From: Antedon mediterranea
Taxonomy: Eukaryota; Animalia; Echinodermata
Direction of reading: 5' to 3'
DNA length: 64,000 nt
Assembly: GCF_964355755.1 (NCBI RefSeq)
Contig: NC_092680.1
Location: 11,284,001 to 11,348,000, forward strand
Positions 24,541 to 37,900 of this stretch are shown here, in pieces; positions within the stretch are counted from its first letter, which is position 1; each line of letters begins with the position of its first letter. The notes beneath the pieces were generated by a model that saw only the letters and a list, made by a program, of their open reading frames with translations, searched no databases and was not told the origin of the DNA. The position numbers and the translations under genes were made by a program.

Positions 24541-24839
24541 GAATTATTCTGTGCCTGTGAAATGTATATATCTTTTAAATATTTTCTACTACAATCACGT
24601 ATAAATAGTTAGTAATGCATACAATACTTATTTTACTAGAAGCCGAGTTTAATTCTTTCTAAATTAATAACCAGTGTTAGTGAATAAATAGTTAAAATTT
24701 ATCAGTTCTTTAATTCTTTGATGTAAGGCTGAGAAAAAACATGAGTGTATTCATGTTTTGTCATTAATAAAAAGCTTGTATAGCACACTAAAACTTTGTC
24801 TACTAATTATTTTTACAGAGAAATTCTTGTATTTCTGAA

Positions 24840-25225
24840 GTCATAAATTTTATGACCTAATGGCAGCTTCACAATCATGTCATAAATATTATGACTTATG
24901 TAAAAATAGTCAATACCTTGAAGCCCGGAAATCACAGCCTCATGTACTATAACCAGCGTATTCCGAGACATAACATGTAGTTTTAAATTGTCATAAATTT
25001 TATGACCTAATGACTGCTAAATTAATGTCATAAATATTATGACTTATGTGAAAATAGTCAATACTGTACCAGGAAGCCCCGAAATTAGTGCTTCCTGTAC
25101 TATACACTATAACTAGCGTATTCCGAGACTTAACATGTACCTTTAAATTGTCATAAATGTTATGACCTAATGACTGCTAAATTAATGTCATAAATATTAT
25201 GACTTATGTGAAAATAGTCAATAGG
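24840..25225. repeat. 150-160-bp tandem repeat (~2.5 copies) carrying six 17-bp palindromes GTCATAA-nnn-TTATGAC
   Basis: Palindromes start at ~24840, 24879, 24990, 25027, 25150 and 25187. Confidence 0.9.
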
Positions 25226-25983
25226 CAGCTACCATGTCGATCGAATAATACACGCTGTTATCTGCTGTATATAGCCCATAACTTTATAACTTTTTTGTTG
25301 AATCTAATATATTATTACCGAGTATAAGGTGGTTAGGAGCTAATAATACTAAGCTTTAGAGCTGAGTGGAAATGGGCCGCTACTACTAGTAATTACACCA
25401 AAGTGTTTTGTGTATGATAATCGAAGTGCAGCTAGCTCTGCCAACAAATGCATGGATTAATACATTCATTTATAAAAATAGTTTTTAACACTCAGCTAGC
25501 TTTTATCTCATTATCATAAATGAAAACAAAAAAGAATTGCCTTTTTCAACTACAAATAAAAACATATCATCCAAACTAATACACAGAAAAAAGAAACAAT
25601 TATTCAATCAATATTATAGTTTATCGTTAAAGTAAGTTGATATATTTATGTTTCATTATACATTGTATTAAACTAGTTAATGTCGATGTATACATTTATA
25701 TAAAACAAGGTTTTGTTTATTAATTTCTCAGCGTTACTAAAATCAAAATATAAAACAAAACAAATTATACGGCAAGTTTATGCAAATAAAAATAATTATA
25801 AGAGGAAATGTTTGTTATCGCTAAATTGTAGTATTTTGATAATATTGAAATCGATAAAAATCAAAATATGCATATTTTACGATTTTGTATACATTTTAGC
25901 TATGAATGGCCAAAATTAAAGTAAAGGTCGATTTTGTTGAATCTACACAGACGTATAATGTTTGTACTGAAAATAAAACGTGT

Positions 25984-28900
25984 TGTAACCAAGTTTCATC
26001 GAAAATCACAAAATGGTCTAAAACGTCTCAAAATGCGATTTGAAGCTTTTCTAAGCACTTTGGTGTTTTTATGTTAACAAGTTTTTTCGAAAATCACGAA
26101 ATGGTCTAAAATGTCTCCAAATGCGATTTGAAGATATTCTGAGCACTTTGGTGTTTTTATGTTAAAAAGTTTTTTCGAAAATCACAAAATGGTCTAAAAC
26201 GTCTCCAAATGCGATTTGAAGCTCTTCTGTACACTTTGATGTTTTGTGTGAAAAAGTTTTGTCGAAATGCTCAAAATGGTCTAAAACGTTTTTAAATACG
26301 ATATTAAGCTGTTTTGTGCACTTTGATGATTTGTGTGAAAAGTTTTAACGAAATGCTCAAAATGGTCTAAAACGGTTTCTAATGTGATTTTAAGCACTTT
26401 GATGTTTTTGTGTAACCAAGTTTTTTCGAAAATCACAAAATAGTCTAAAACGTCTCCAAATGCGATTTGAAGCTTTTCTAAGCACTTTGGTGTTTTTATG
26501 TTAACAAGTTTTTTCGAAAATCACAAAATGGTCTAAAACGTCTCCAAATGCGATTTGAGGATATTCTGAGCACTTTGGTGTTTTTTTGTTAAAAAGTTTT
26601 TTCGAAAATCACAAAATGGTCTAAAACGTCTCCAAATGCGATTTGAAGCTATTCTGTACACTTTGATGTTTTGTGTGAAAAAGTTTTGTCGAAATGCTCA
26701 AAATGGTCTAAAACGTTTTTAAATACGATATTAAGCTATTTTGTGATCTTTGATGTTTTTGTGTGAAAAGTTTTATCGAAATGCTCAAAATGGTCTAAAA
26801 CTGTTTCTATTGTGATTTTGAGCACTTTGATGATTTTGTGTAACCAAGTTTCATCGAAATGTACAAAATGGTCTAAAACGTCTCCAAATGCGATTTGAAG
26901 CTATTCTAAGTACTTTTGTGTTTTTATGTTAACAAGTTTTTTCGAAAATCACAAAATGGTCTAAAACGTCTCAAAATGCGATTTGAAGCTATTCTGTACA
27001 CTTTGATGTTTTGTGTGAAAAAGTTTTGTCGAAATGCTCAAAATGGTCTAAAACGTTTTTAAAACGATATTAAGCTATTTTGTGCTCTTTGATGTTTTTG
27101 TGTAACCAAGTTTCATCGAAATCAACAAAATGGTCTAATACGTCTCCAAATGCGATTTGAAGCTTTTCCAAGCTTTTTGCTGTTTTTATGTTAAGTTTTT
27201 TCGAAAATCACAAAATGGTCTAAAACGTCTTCAAATGCGATTTGAAGCTATTCTGTACACTTTTATGTTTTGTGTGAAAAAGTTTTGTCGAAATTCTCAA
27301 AATGGTCTAAAACGTTTTTAAATACGATATTAAGCTGTTTTGTGCACTTTGATGATTTGTGTGAAAAGTTTTAACGAAATGCTCAAAATGGTCTAAAACG
27401 GTTTCTAATGTGATTTTAAGCACTTTGATGTTTTTGTAAAACCAAGTTTTTTCGAAAATCACAAAATAGTCTAAAACGTCTCCAAATGCGATTTGAAGCT
27501 TTTCTAAGCACTTTGGTGTTTTTATGTTAACAAGTTTTTTCGAAAATCACAAAATGGTCTAAAACGTCTCCAAATGCGATTTGAGGATATTCTGAGCACT
27601 TTGGTGTTTTTTTGTTAAAAAGTTTTTTCGAAAATAACAAAATGGTCTAAAACGTCTCCAAATGCGATTTGAAGCTATTCTGTACACTTTGATGTTTTGT
27701 GTGAAAAAGTTTTGTCGAAATGCTCAAAATGGTCTAAAACGTTTTTAAATACGATATTAAGCTATTTTGTGATCTTTGATGTTTTTGTGTGAAAAGTTTT
27801 ATCGAAATGCTCAAAATGGTCTAAAACGGTTTCTATTGTGATTTTAAGCACTTTGATGATTTTGTGTAACCAAGTTTCATCGAAATGTACAAAATGGTCT
27901 AAAACGTCTCCAAATGCGATTTGAAGCTATTCTAAGTACTTTTGTGTTTTTATGTTAACAAGTTTTTTCGAAAATCACAAAATGGTCTAAAACGTCTTCA
28001 AATGCGATTTGAAGCTATTCTGTACACTTTGATGTTTTGTGTGAAAAAGTTTTGTCAAAATGCTCAAAATGGTCTAAAACGTTTTTAAAACGATATTAAG
28101 CTATTTTGTGCTCTTTGATGTTTTTGCGTAACCAAGTTTCATCGAAAATCACAAAATGGTCTAAAACGTCTCCAAATGCGATTTGAAGCTTTTCTAAGCA
28201 CTTTGGTGTTTTTATGTTAACAAGTTTTTTCGAAAATCACAAAATGGTCTAAAACGTCTCCAAATGCGATTTGAAGCTCTTCTGTACACTTTGATGTTCT
28301 GTGTGAAAAAGTTTTGTCGAAATTCTCAAAATGGTCTAAAAGGTTTTTAAATACGATATTAAGCTGTTTTGTGCACTTTGATGATTTGTGTGAAAAGTTT
28401 TAACGAAATGCTCAAAATGGTCTAAAACGGTTTCTAATGCGATTTGAAGCTATTCTGTACACTTTGATGTTTTGTGTGAAAAAGTTTTGTCAAAATGCTC
28501 AAAATGGTCTAAAACGTTTTTAAAACGATATTAAGCTATTTTGTGCTCTTTGATGTTTTTGTGTAACCAAGTTTCATCGAAAATCACAAAATGATCTAAA
28601 ACGTCTCCAAATGCGATTTGAAGCTTTTCTAAGCACTTTGGTGTTTTTATGTTAACAAGTTTTTTCGAAAATCACAAAATGGTCTAAAACGTCTCCAAAT
28701 GCGATTTGAAGCTCTTCTGTACACTTTGATGTTTTGTTTGAAAAAGTTTTGTCGAAATTCTCAAAATGGTCTAAAACGTTTTTAAATACGATATTAAGCT
28801 GTTTTGTGCACTTTGATGATTTGTGTGAAAAGTTTTAACGAAATGCTCAAAATGGTCTAAAACGGTTTCTAATGTGATTTTAAGCACTTTGATGTTTTTG

Positions 28901-31900
28901 TGTAACCAAGTTTTATCGAAAATCACAAAATAGTCTAAAACGTCTCCAAATGCGATTTGAAGCTTTTCTAAGCACTTTGGTGTTTTTATGTTAACAAGTT
29001 TTTTCGAAAATCACAAAATGGTCTAAAACGTCTCCAAATGCGATTTGAAGCTATTCTAAGTACTTTTGTGTTTTTATGTTAACAAGTTTTTTCGAAAATC
29101 ACAAAATGGTCTAAAACGTCTTCAAATGCGATTTGAAGCTATTCTGTACACTTTGATGTTTTGTGTGAAAAAGTTTTGTCAAAATGCTCAAAATGGTCTA
29201 AAACGTTTTTAAAACGATATTAAGCTATTTTGTGCTCTTTGATGTTTTTGTGTAACCAAGTTTCATCGAAAATCACAAAATGGTCTAAAACGTCTCCAAA
29301 TGCGATTTGAAGCTTTTCTAAGCACTTTGGTGTTTTTATGTTAACAAGTTTTTTCGAAAATCACAAAATGGTCTAAATCGTCTCCAAATGCGATTTGAAG
29401 CTCTTCTGTACACTTTGATGTTTTGTTTGAAAAAGTTTTGTCGAAATTCTCAAAATGGTCTAAAACGTTTTTAAATACGATATTAAGCTGTTTTGTGCAC
29501 TTTGATGATTTGTGTGAAAAGTTTTAACGAAATGCTCAAAATGGTCTAAAACGGTTTCTAATGTGATTTTAAGCACTTTGATGTTTTTGTGTAACCAAGT
29601 TTTTTCGAAAATCACAAAATAGTCTAAAACGTCTCCAAATGCGATTTGAAGCTTTTCTAAGCACTTTGGTGTTTTTATGTTAACAAGTTTTTTCGAAAAT
29701 CACAAAATGGTCGAAAACGTCTCAAAATGCGATTTGAGGATATTCTGAGCACTTTGGTGTTTTTTTGTTAAAAGGTTTTTTCGAAAATCACAAAATGGTC
29801 TAAAACGTCTCCAAATGCGATTTGAAGCTATTCTGTACACTTTGATGTTTTGTGTGAAAAAGTTTTGTCGAAATGCTCAAAATGGTCTAAAACGTTTTTA
29901 AATACGATATTAAGCTATTTTGTGATCTTTGATGTTTTTGTGTGAAAAGTTTTATCGAAATGCTCAAAATGGTCTAAAACGTTTTTAAAACGATATTAAG
30001 CTATTTTGTGCTCTTTGATGTTTTTGTGTAACCAAGTTTCATCGAAAATCACAAAATGGTCTAAAACGTCGCCAAATGCGATTTGAAGCTATTCTGTACA
30101 CTTTGATGTTTTGTGTGAAAAAGTTTTGTCGAAATGCTCAAAATGGTCTAAAACGTTTTTAAATACGATATTAAGCTATTTTGTGATCTTTGATGTTTTT
30201 GTGTGAAAAGTTTTATCAAAATGCTCAAAATGGTCTGAAACGGTTTCTAATGCGATTTGAAGCTATTCTGTACACTTTGAAGTTTTGTGTGAAAAAGTTT
30301 TCTCGAAATGCTCAAAATGGTCTAAAACGTTTTTATATACCATATTAAGCTATTTTGTGCACTTTGATGTTTTTTTTGAAAAGTTTTATCGAAATGCTCA
30401 AAATGGTCTAAAACGGTTTCTATTGGGATTTTAAGCACTTTGATGATTTTGTGTAACCAAGTTTCATCGAAAATCACAAAATGGTCTAAAACGTCTCCAA
30501 ATGCGATTTGAAGCTTTTCTAAGCACTTTTGTGTTTTTATGTTAACAAGTTTTTTCGAAAATCACACAATGGTCTAAAACGTCTTCAAATGCGATTTGAA
30601 GCTATTCTGTACACTTTTATGTTTTGTGTGAAAAAGTTTTGTCGAAATTCTCAAAATGGTCTAAAACGTTTTTAAATACGATATTAAGCTGTTTTGTGCA
30701 CTTTGATGATTTGTGTGAAAAGTTTTAACGAAATGCTCAAAATGGTCTAAAACGGTTTCTAATGTGATTTTAAGCACTTTGATGTTTTTGTGTAACCAAG
30801 TTTTTTCGAAAATCACAAAATAGTCTAAAACGTCTCCAAATGCGATTTGAAGCTTTTCTAAGCACTTTGGTGTTTTTATGTTAACAAGTTTTTTCGAAAA
30901 TCACAAAATGGTCTAAAACGTCTCCAAATGCGATTTGAGGATATTCTGAGCACTTTGGTGTTTTTTTGTTAAAAAGTTTTTTCGAAAATCACAAAATGGT
31001 CTAAAACGTCTCCAAATGCGATTTGAAGCTATTCAGTACACTTTGATGTTTTGTGTGAAAAAGTTTTGTCGAAATGCTCAAAATGGTCTAAAACGTTTTT
31101 AAATACGATATTAAGCTATTTTGTGATCTTTGATGTTTTTGTGTGAAAAGTTTTATCGAAATGCTCAAAATGGTCTAAAACGTTTTTAAAACGATAGTAA
31201 GCTATTTTGTGCTCTTTGATGTTTTTGTGTAACCAAGTTTCATCGAAAATCACAAAATGGTCTAAAACGTCGCCAAATGCGATTTGAAGCTTTTCTAAGC
31301 ACTTTGGTGTTTTTATGTTAACAAGTTTTTTCGAAAATCACGAAATGGTCTAAAATATCTCCAAATGCGATTTGAAGATATTCTGAGCACTTTGGTGTTT
31401 TTATGTTAAAAAGTTTTTTCGAAAATCACAAAATGGTCTAAAACGTCTCCAAACGCGATTTGAAGCTCTTCTGTACACTTTGATGTTTTGTGTGAAAAAG
31501 TTTTGTCGAAATTCTCAAAATGGTCTAAAACGTTTTTAAATACGATATTAAGCTGTTTTGTGCACTTTGATGATTTGTGTGAAAAGTTTTAACGAAATGC
31601 TCAAAATGGTCAAAAACGGTTTCTAATGTGATTTTAAGCACTTTGATGTTTTTGTGTAACCAAGTTTTTTCAAAAATCACAAAATGGTCTAAAACGTCTC
31701 CAAATGCGATTTGAAGCTTTTCTAAGCACTTTGGTGTTTTTATGTTAACAAGTTTTTTCGAAAATCACAAAATGGTCTAAAACGTCTCCAAATGCGATTT
31801 GAAGATATTCTGAGCACTTTGGTGTTTTTATGTTAAAAAGTTTTTTCGAAAATCACAAAATAGTCTAAAACGTCTCCAAATGCGATTTGAAGCTATTCTG

Positions 31901-34900
31901 TACACTTTGATGTTTTGTGTGAAAAAGTTTTGTCGAAATGCTCAAAATGGTCTAAAACGTTTTTAAAACGATATTATTAAGCTATTTTGTGCTCTTTGAT
32001 GTTTTTGTGTAACCAAGTTTCATCGAAAATCACAAAATGGTCTAAAACGTCTCAAAATGCGATTTGAAGCTTTTCTAAGCACTTTGGTGTTTTTATCTTA
32101 ACAAGTTTTTTCGAAAATCACGAAATGGTCTAAAATGTCTCCAAATGCGATTTGAAGATATTCTGAGCACTTTGGTGTTTTTATGTTAAAAAGTTTTTTC
32201 GAAAATCACAAAATGGTCTAAAACGTCTCCAAACGCGATTTGAAGCTCTTCTGTACACTTTTATGTTTTGTGTGAAAAAGTTTTGTCGAAATGCTCAAAA
32301 TGGTCTAAGACGTTTTTAAATACGATATTAGGCTGTTTTGTGCACTTTGATGATTTGTGTGAAAAGTTTTAACGAAATGCTCAAAATGGTCAAAAACGGT
32401 TTCTAATGTGATTTTAAGCACTTTGATGTTTTTGTGTAACCAAGTTTTTTCAAAAATCACAAAATGGTCTAAAACGTCTCCAAATGCGATTTGAAGCTTT
32501 TCTAAGCACTTTGGTGTTTTTATGTTAACAAGTTTTTTCGAAAATCACAAAATGGTCTAAAACGTCTCCAAATGCGATTTGAAGATATTCTGAGCACTTT
32601 GGTGTTTTTATGTTAAAAAGTTTTTTCGAAAATCACAAAATAGTCTAAAACGTCTCCAAATGCGATTTGAAGCTATTCTGTACACTTTGATGTTTTGTGT
32701 GAAAATGTTTTGTCGAAATGCTCAAAATGGTCTAAAACGTTTTTAAAACGATATTATTAAGCTATTTTGTGCTCTTTGATGTTTTTGTGTAACCAAGTTT
32801 CATCGAAAATCACAAAATGGTCTAAAACGTCTCAAAATGCGATTTGAAGCTTTTCTAAGCACTTTGGTGTTTTTATCTTAACAAGTTTTTTCGAAAATCA
32901 CGAAATGGTCTAAAATGTCTCCAAATGCGATTTGAAGATATTCTGAGCACTTTGGTGTTTTTATGTTAAAAAGTTTTTTCGAAAATCACAAAATGGTCTA
33001 AAACGTCTCCAAATGCGATTTGAAGCTCTTCTGTACACTTTTATGTTTTGTGTGAAAAAGTTTTGTCGAAATGCTCAAAATGGTCTAAAACGTTTTTAAA
33101 TACGATATTAAGCTGTTTTGTGCACTTTGATGATTTGTGTGAAAAGTTTTAACGAAATGCTCAAAATGGTCTAAAACGGTTTCTAATGTGATTTTAAGCA
33201 CTTTGATGTTTTTGTGTAACCAAGTTTTTTCGAAAATCACAAAATAGTCTAAAACGTCTCCAAATGCGATTTGAAGCTTTTCTAAGCACTTTGGTGTTTT
33301 TATGTTAACAAGTTTTTTCGAAAATCACAAAATGGTCTAAAACGTCTCCAAATGCGATTTGAGGATATTCTGAGCACTTTGGTGTTTTTTTGTTAAAAAG
33401 TTTTTTCGAAAATCACAAAATGGTCTAAAACGTCTCCAAATGCGATTTGAAGCTATTCTGTACACTTTGATGTTTTGTGTGAAAAAGTTTTGTCGAAATG
33501 CTCAAAATGGTCTAAAACGTTTTTAAATACGATATTAAGCTATTTTGTGATCTTTGATGTTTTTGTGTGAAAAGTTTTATCGAAATGCTCAAAATGGTCT
33601 AAAACGGTTTCTATTGTGATTTTAAGCACTTTGATGATTTTGTGTAACCAAGTTTCATCGAAATGTACAAAATGGTCTAAAACGTCTCCAAATGCGATTT
33701 GAAGCTATTCTAAGTACTTTTGTGTTTTTATGTTAACAAGTTTTTTCGAAAATCACAAAATGGTCTAAAACGTCTCAAAATGCGATTTGAAGCTATTCTG
33801 TACACTTTGATGTTTTGTGTGAAAAAGTTTTGTCGAAATGCTCAAAATGGTCTAAAACGTTTTTAAAACGATATTAAGCTATTTTGTGGTCTTTGATGTT
33901 TTTGTGTAACCAAGTTTCATCGAAATCAACAAAATGGTCTAATACGTCTCCAAATGCGATTTGAAGCTTTTCCAAGCTTTTTGCTGTTTTTATGTTAAGT
34001 TTTTTCGAAAATCACAAAATGGTCTAAAACGTTTTCAAATGCGATTTGAAGCTATTCTGTACACTTTGATGTTTTGTGTGAAAAAGTTTTGTCGAAATGC
34101 TCAAAATGGTCTAAAACGTTTTTAAATACGATATTAAGCTATTTTGTGATCTTTGATGTTTTTGTGTGAAAAGTTTTATCAAAATGCTCAAAATGGTCTG
34201 AAACGGTTTCTAATGCGATTTGAAGCTATTCTGTACACTTTGAAGTTTTGTGTGAAAAAGTTTTCTCGAAATGCTCAAAATGGTCTAAAACGTTTTTATA
34301 TACCATATTAAGCTATTTTGTGCACTTTGATGTTTTTTTTGAAAAGTTTTATCGAAATGCTCAAAATGGTCTAAAACGGTTTCTATTGGGATTTTAAGCA
34401 CTTTGATGATTTTGTGTAACCAAGTTTCATCGAAAATCACAAAATGGTCTAAAACGTCTCCAAATGCGATTTGAAGCTTTTCTAAGCACTTTTGTGTTTT
34501 TATGTTAACAAGTTTTTTCGAAAATCACAAAATGGTCTAAAACGTCTTCAAATGCGATTTGAAGCTATTCTGTACACTTTTATGTTTTGTGTGAAAAAGT
34601 TTTGTCGAAATTCTCAAAATGGTCTAAAACGTTTTTAAATACGATATTAAGCTGTTTTGTGCACTTTGATGATTTGTGTGAAAAGTTTTAACGAAATGCT
34701 CAAAATGGTCTAAAACGGTTTCTAATGTGATTTTAAGCACTTTGATGTTTTTGTGTAACCAAGTTTTTTCGAAAATCACAAAATAGTCTAAAACGTCTCC
34801 AAATGCGATTTGAAACTTTTCTAAGCACTTTGGTGTTTTTATGTTAACAAGTTTTTTCGAAAAACACAAAATGGTCTAAAACGTCTCCAAATGCGATTTG

Positions 34901-37900
34901 AGGATATTCTGAGCACTTTGGTGTTTTTTTGTTAAAAAGTTTTTTCGAAAATAACAAAATGGTCTAAAACGTCTCCAAATGCGATTTGAAGCTATTCTGT
35001 ACACTTTGATGTTTTGTGTGAAAAAGTTTTGTCGAAATGCTCAAAATGGTCTAAAACGTTTTTAAATACGATATTAAGCTATTTTGTGATCTTTGATGTT
35101 TTTGTGTGAAAAGTTTTATCGAAATGCTCAAAATGGTCTAAAACGGTTTCTATTGTGATTTTAAGCACTTTGATGATTTTGTGTAACCAAGTTTCATCGA
35201 AATGTACAAAATGGTCTAAAACGTCTCCAAATGCGATTTGAAGCTATTCTAAGTACTTTTGTGTTTTTATGTTAACAAGTTTTTTCGAAAATCACAAAAT
35301 GGTCTAAAACGTCTTCAAATGCGATTTGAAGCTATTCTGTACACTTTGATGTTTTGTGTGAAAAAGTTTTGTCAAAATGCTCAAAATGGTCTAAAACGTT
35401 TTTAAAACGATATTAAGCTATTTTGTGCTCTTTGATGTTTTTGTGTAACCAAGTTTCATCGAAAATCACAAAATGGTCTAAAACGTCTCCAAATGCGATT
35501 TGAAGCTTTTCTAAGCACTTTGGTGTTTTTATGTTAACAAGTTTTTTCGAAAATCACAAAATGGTCTAAAACGTCTCCAAATGCGATTTGAAGCTCTTCT
35601 GTACACTTTGATGTTCTGTGTGAAAAAGTTTTGTCGAAATTCTCAAAATGGTCTAAAAGGTTTTTAAATACGATATTAAGCTGTTTTGTGCACTTTGATG
35701 ATTTGTGTGAAAAGTTTTAACGAAATGCTCAAAATGGTCTAAAACGGTTTCTAATGTGATTTTAAGCACTTTGATGTTTTTGTGTAACCAAGTTTTTTCG
35801 AAAATCACAAAATGGTCTAATACGTCTCCAAATGCGATTTGAAGCTTTTCCAAGCACTTTGCTGTTTTTATGTTAAGTTTTTTCGAAAATCACAAAATGG
35901 TCTAAAACGTCTTCAAATGCGATTTGAAGCTATTCTGTACACTTTGATGTTTTGTGTGAAAAAGTTTTGTCGAAATGCTCAAAATGGTCTAAAACGTTTT
36001 TAAATACGATATTAAGCTATTTTGTTATCTTTGATGTTTTTGTGTGAAAAGTTTTATCAAAATGCTCAAAATGGTCTGAAACGGTTTCTAATGCGATTTG
36101 AAGCTATTCTGTACACTTTGATGTTTTGTGTGAAAAAGTTTTGTCAAAATGCTCAAAATGGTCTAAAACGTTTTTAAAACGATATTAAGCTATTTTGTGC
36201 TCTTTGATGTTTTTGTGTAACCAAGTTTCATCGAAAATCACAAAATGATCTAAAACGTCTCCAAATGCGATTTGAAGCTTTTCTAAGCACTTTGGTGTTT
36301 TTATGTTAACAAGTTTTTTCGAAAATCACAAAATGGTCTAAAACGTCTCCAAATGCGATTTGAAGCTCTTCTGTACACTTTGATGTTTTGTTTGAAAAAG
36401 TTTTGTCGAAATTCTCAAAATGGTCTAAAACGTTTTTAAATACGATATTAAGCTGTTTTGTGCACTTTGATGATTTGTGTGAAAAGTTTTAACGAAATGC
36501 TCAAAATGGTCTAAAACGGTTTCTAATGTGATTTTAAGCACTTTGATGTTTTTGTGTAACCAAGTTTTATCGAAAATCACAAAATAGTCTAAAACGTCTC
36601 CAAATGCGATTTGAAGCTTTTCTAAGCACTTTGGTGTTTTTATGTTAACAAGTTTTTTCGAAAATCACAAAATGGTCTAAAACGTCTCCAAATGCGATTT
36701 GAAGCTATTCTAAGTACTTTTGTGTTTTTATGTTAACAAGTTTTTTCGAAAATCACAAAATGGTCTAAAACGTCTTCAAATGCGATTTGAAGCTATTCTG
36801 TACACTTTGATGTTTTGTGTGAAAAAGTTTTGTCAAAATGCTCAAAATGGTCTAAAACGTTTTTAAAACGATATTAAGCTATTTTGTGCTCTTTGATGTT
36901 TTTGTGTAACCAAGTTTCATCGAAAATCACAAAATGGTCTAAAACGTCTCCAAATGCGATTTGAAGCTTTTCTAAGCACTTTGGTGTTTTTATGTTAACA
37001 AGTTTTTTCGAAAATCACAAAATGGTCTAAATCGTCTCCAAATGCGATTTGAAGCTCTTCTGTACACTTTGATGTTTTGTTTGAAAAAGTTTTGTCGAAA
37101 TTCTCAAAATGGTCTAAAACGTTTTTAAATACGATATTAAGCTGTTTTGTGCACTTTGATGATTTGTGTGAAAAGTTTTAACGAAATGCTCAAAATGGTC
37201 TAAAACGGTTTCTAATGTGATTTTAAGCACTTTGATGTTTTTGTGTAACCAAGTTTTTTCGAAAATCACAAAATAGTCTAAAACGTCTCCAAATGCGATT
37301 TGAAGCTTTTCTAAGCACTTTGGTGTTTTTATGTTAACAAGTTTTTTCGAAAATCACAAAATGGTCTAAAACGTCTCCAAATGCGATTTGAGGATATTCT
37401 GAGCACTTTGGTGTTTTTTTGTTAAAAAGTTTTTTCGAAAATCACAAAATGGTCTAAAACGTCTCCAAATGCGATTTGAAGCTATTCTGTACACTTTGAT
37501 GTTTTGTGTGAAAAAGTTTTGTCGAAATGCTCAAAATGGTCTAAAACGTTTTTAAATACGATATTAAGCTATTTTGTGATCTTTGATGTTTTTGTGTGAA
37601 AAGTTTTATCGAAATGCTCAAAATGGTCTAAAACGTTTTTAAAACGATATTAAGCTATTTTGTGCTCTTTGATGTTTTTGTGTAACCAAGTTTCATCGAA
37701 AATCACAAAATGGTCTAAAACGTCGCCAAATGCGATTTGAAGCTATTCTGTACACTTTGATGTTTTGTGTGAAAAAGTTTTGTCGAAATGCTCAAAATGG
37801 TCTAAAACGTTTTTAAAACGATATTAAGCTATTTTGTGCTCTTTGATGTTTTTGTGTAACCAAGTTTCATCGAAAATCACAAAATGGTCTAAAACGTCTC

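Noticed and set aside
26080-26100. CENP-B box (TTCG....A..CGGG)
   Set aside because: TTCG is present but the CGGG half is absent.
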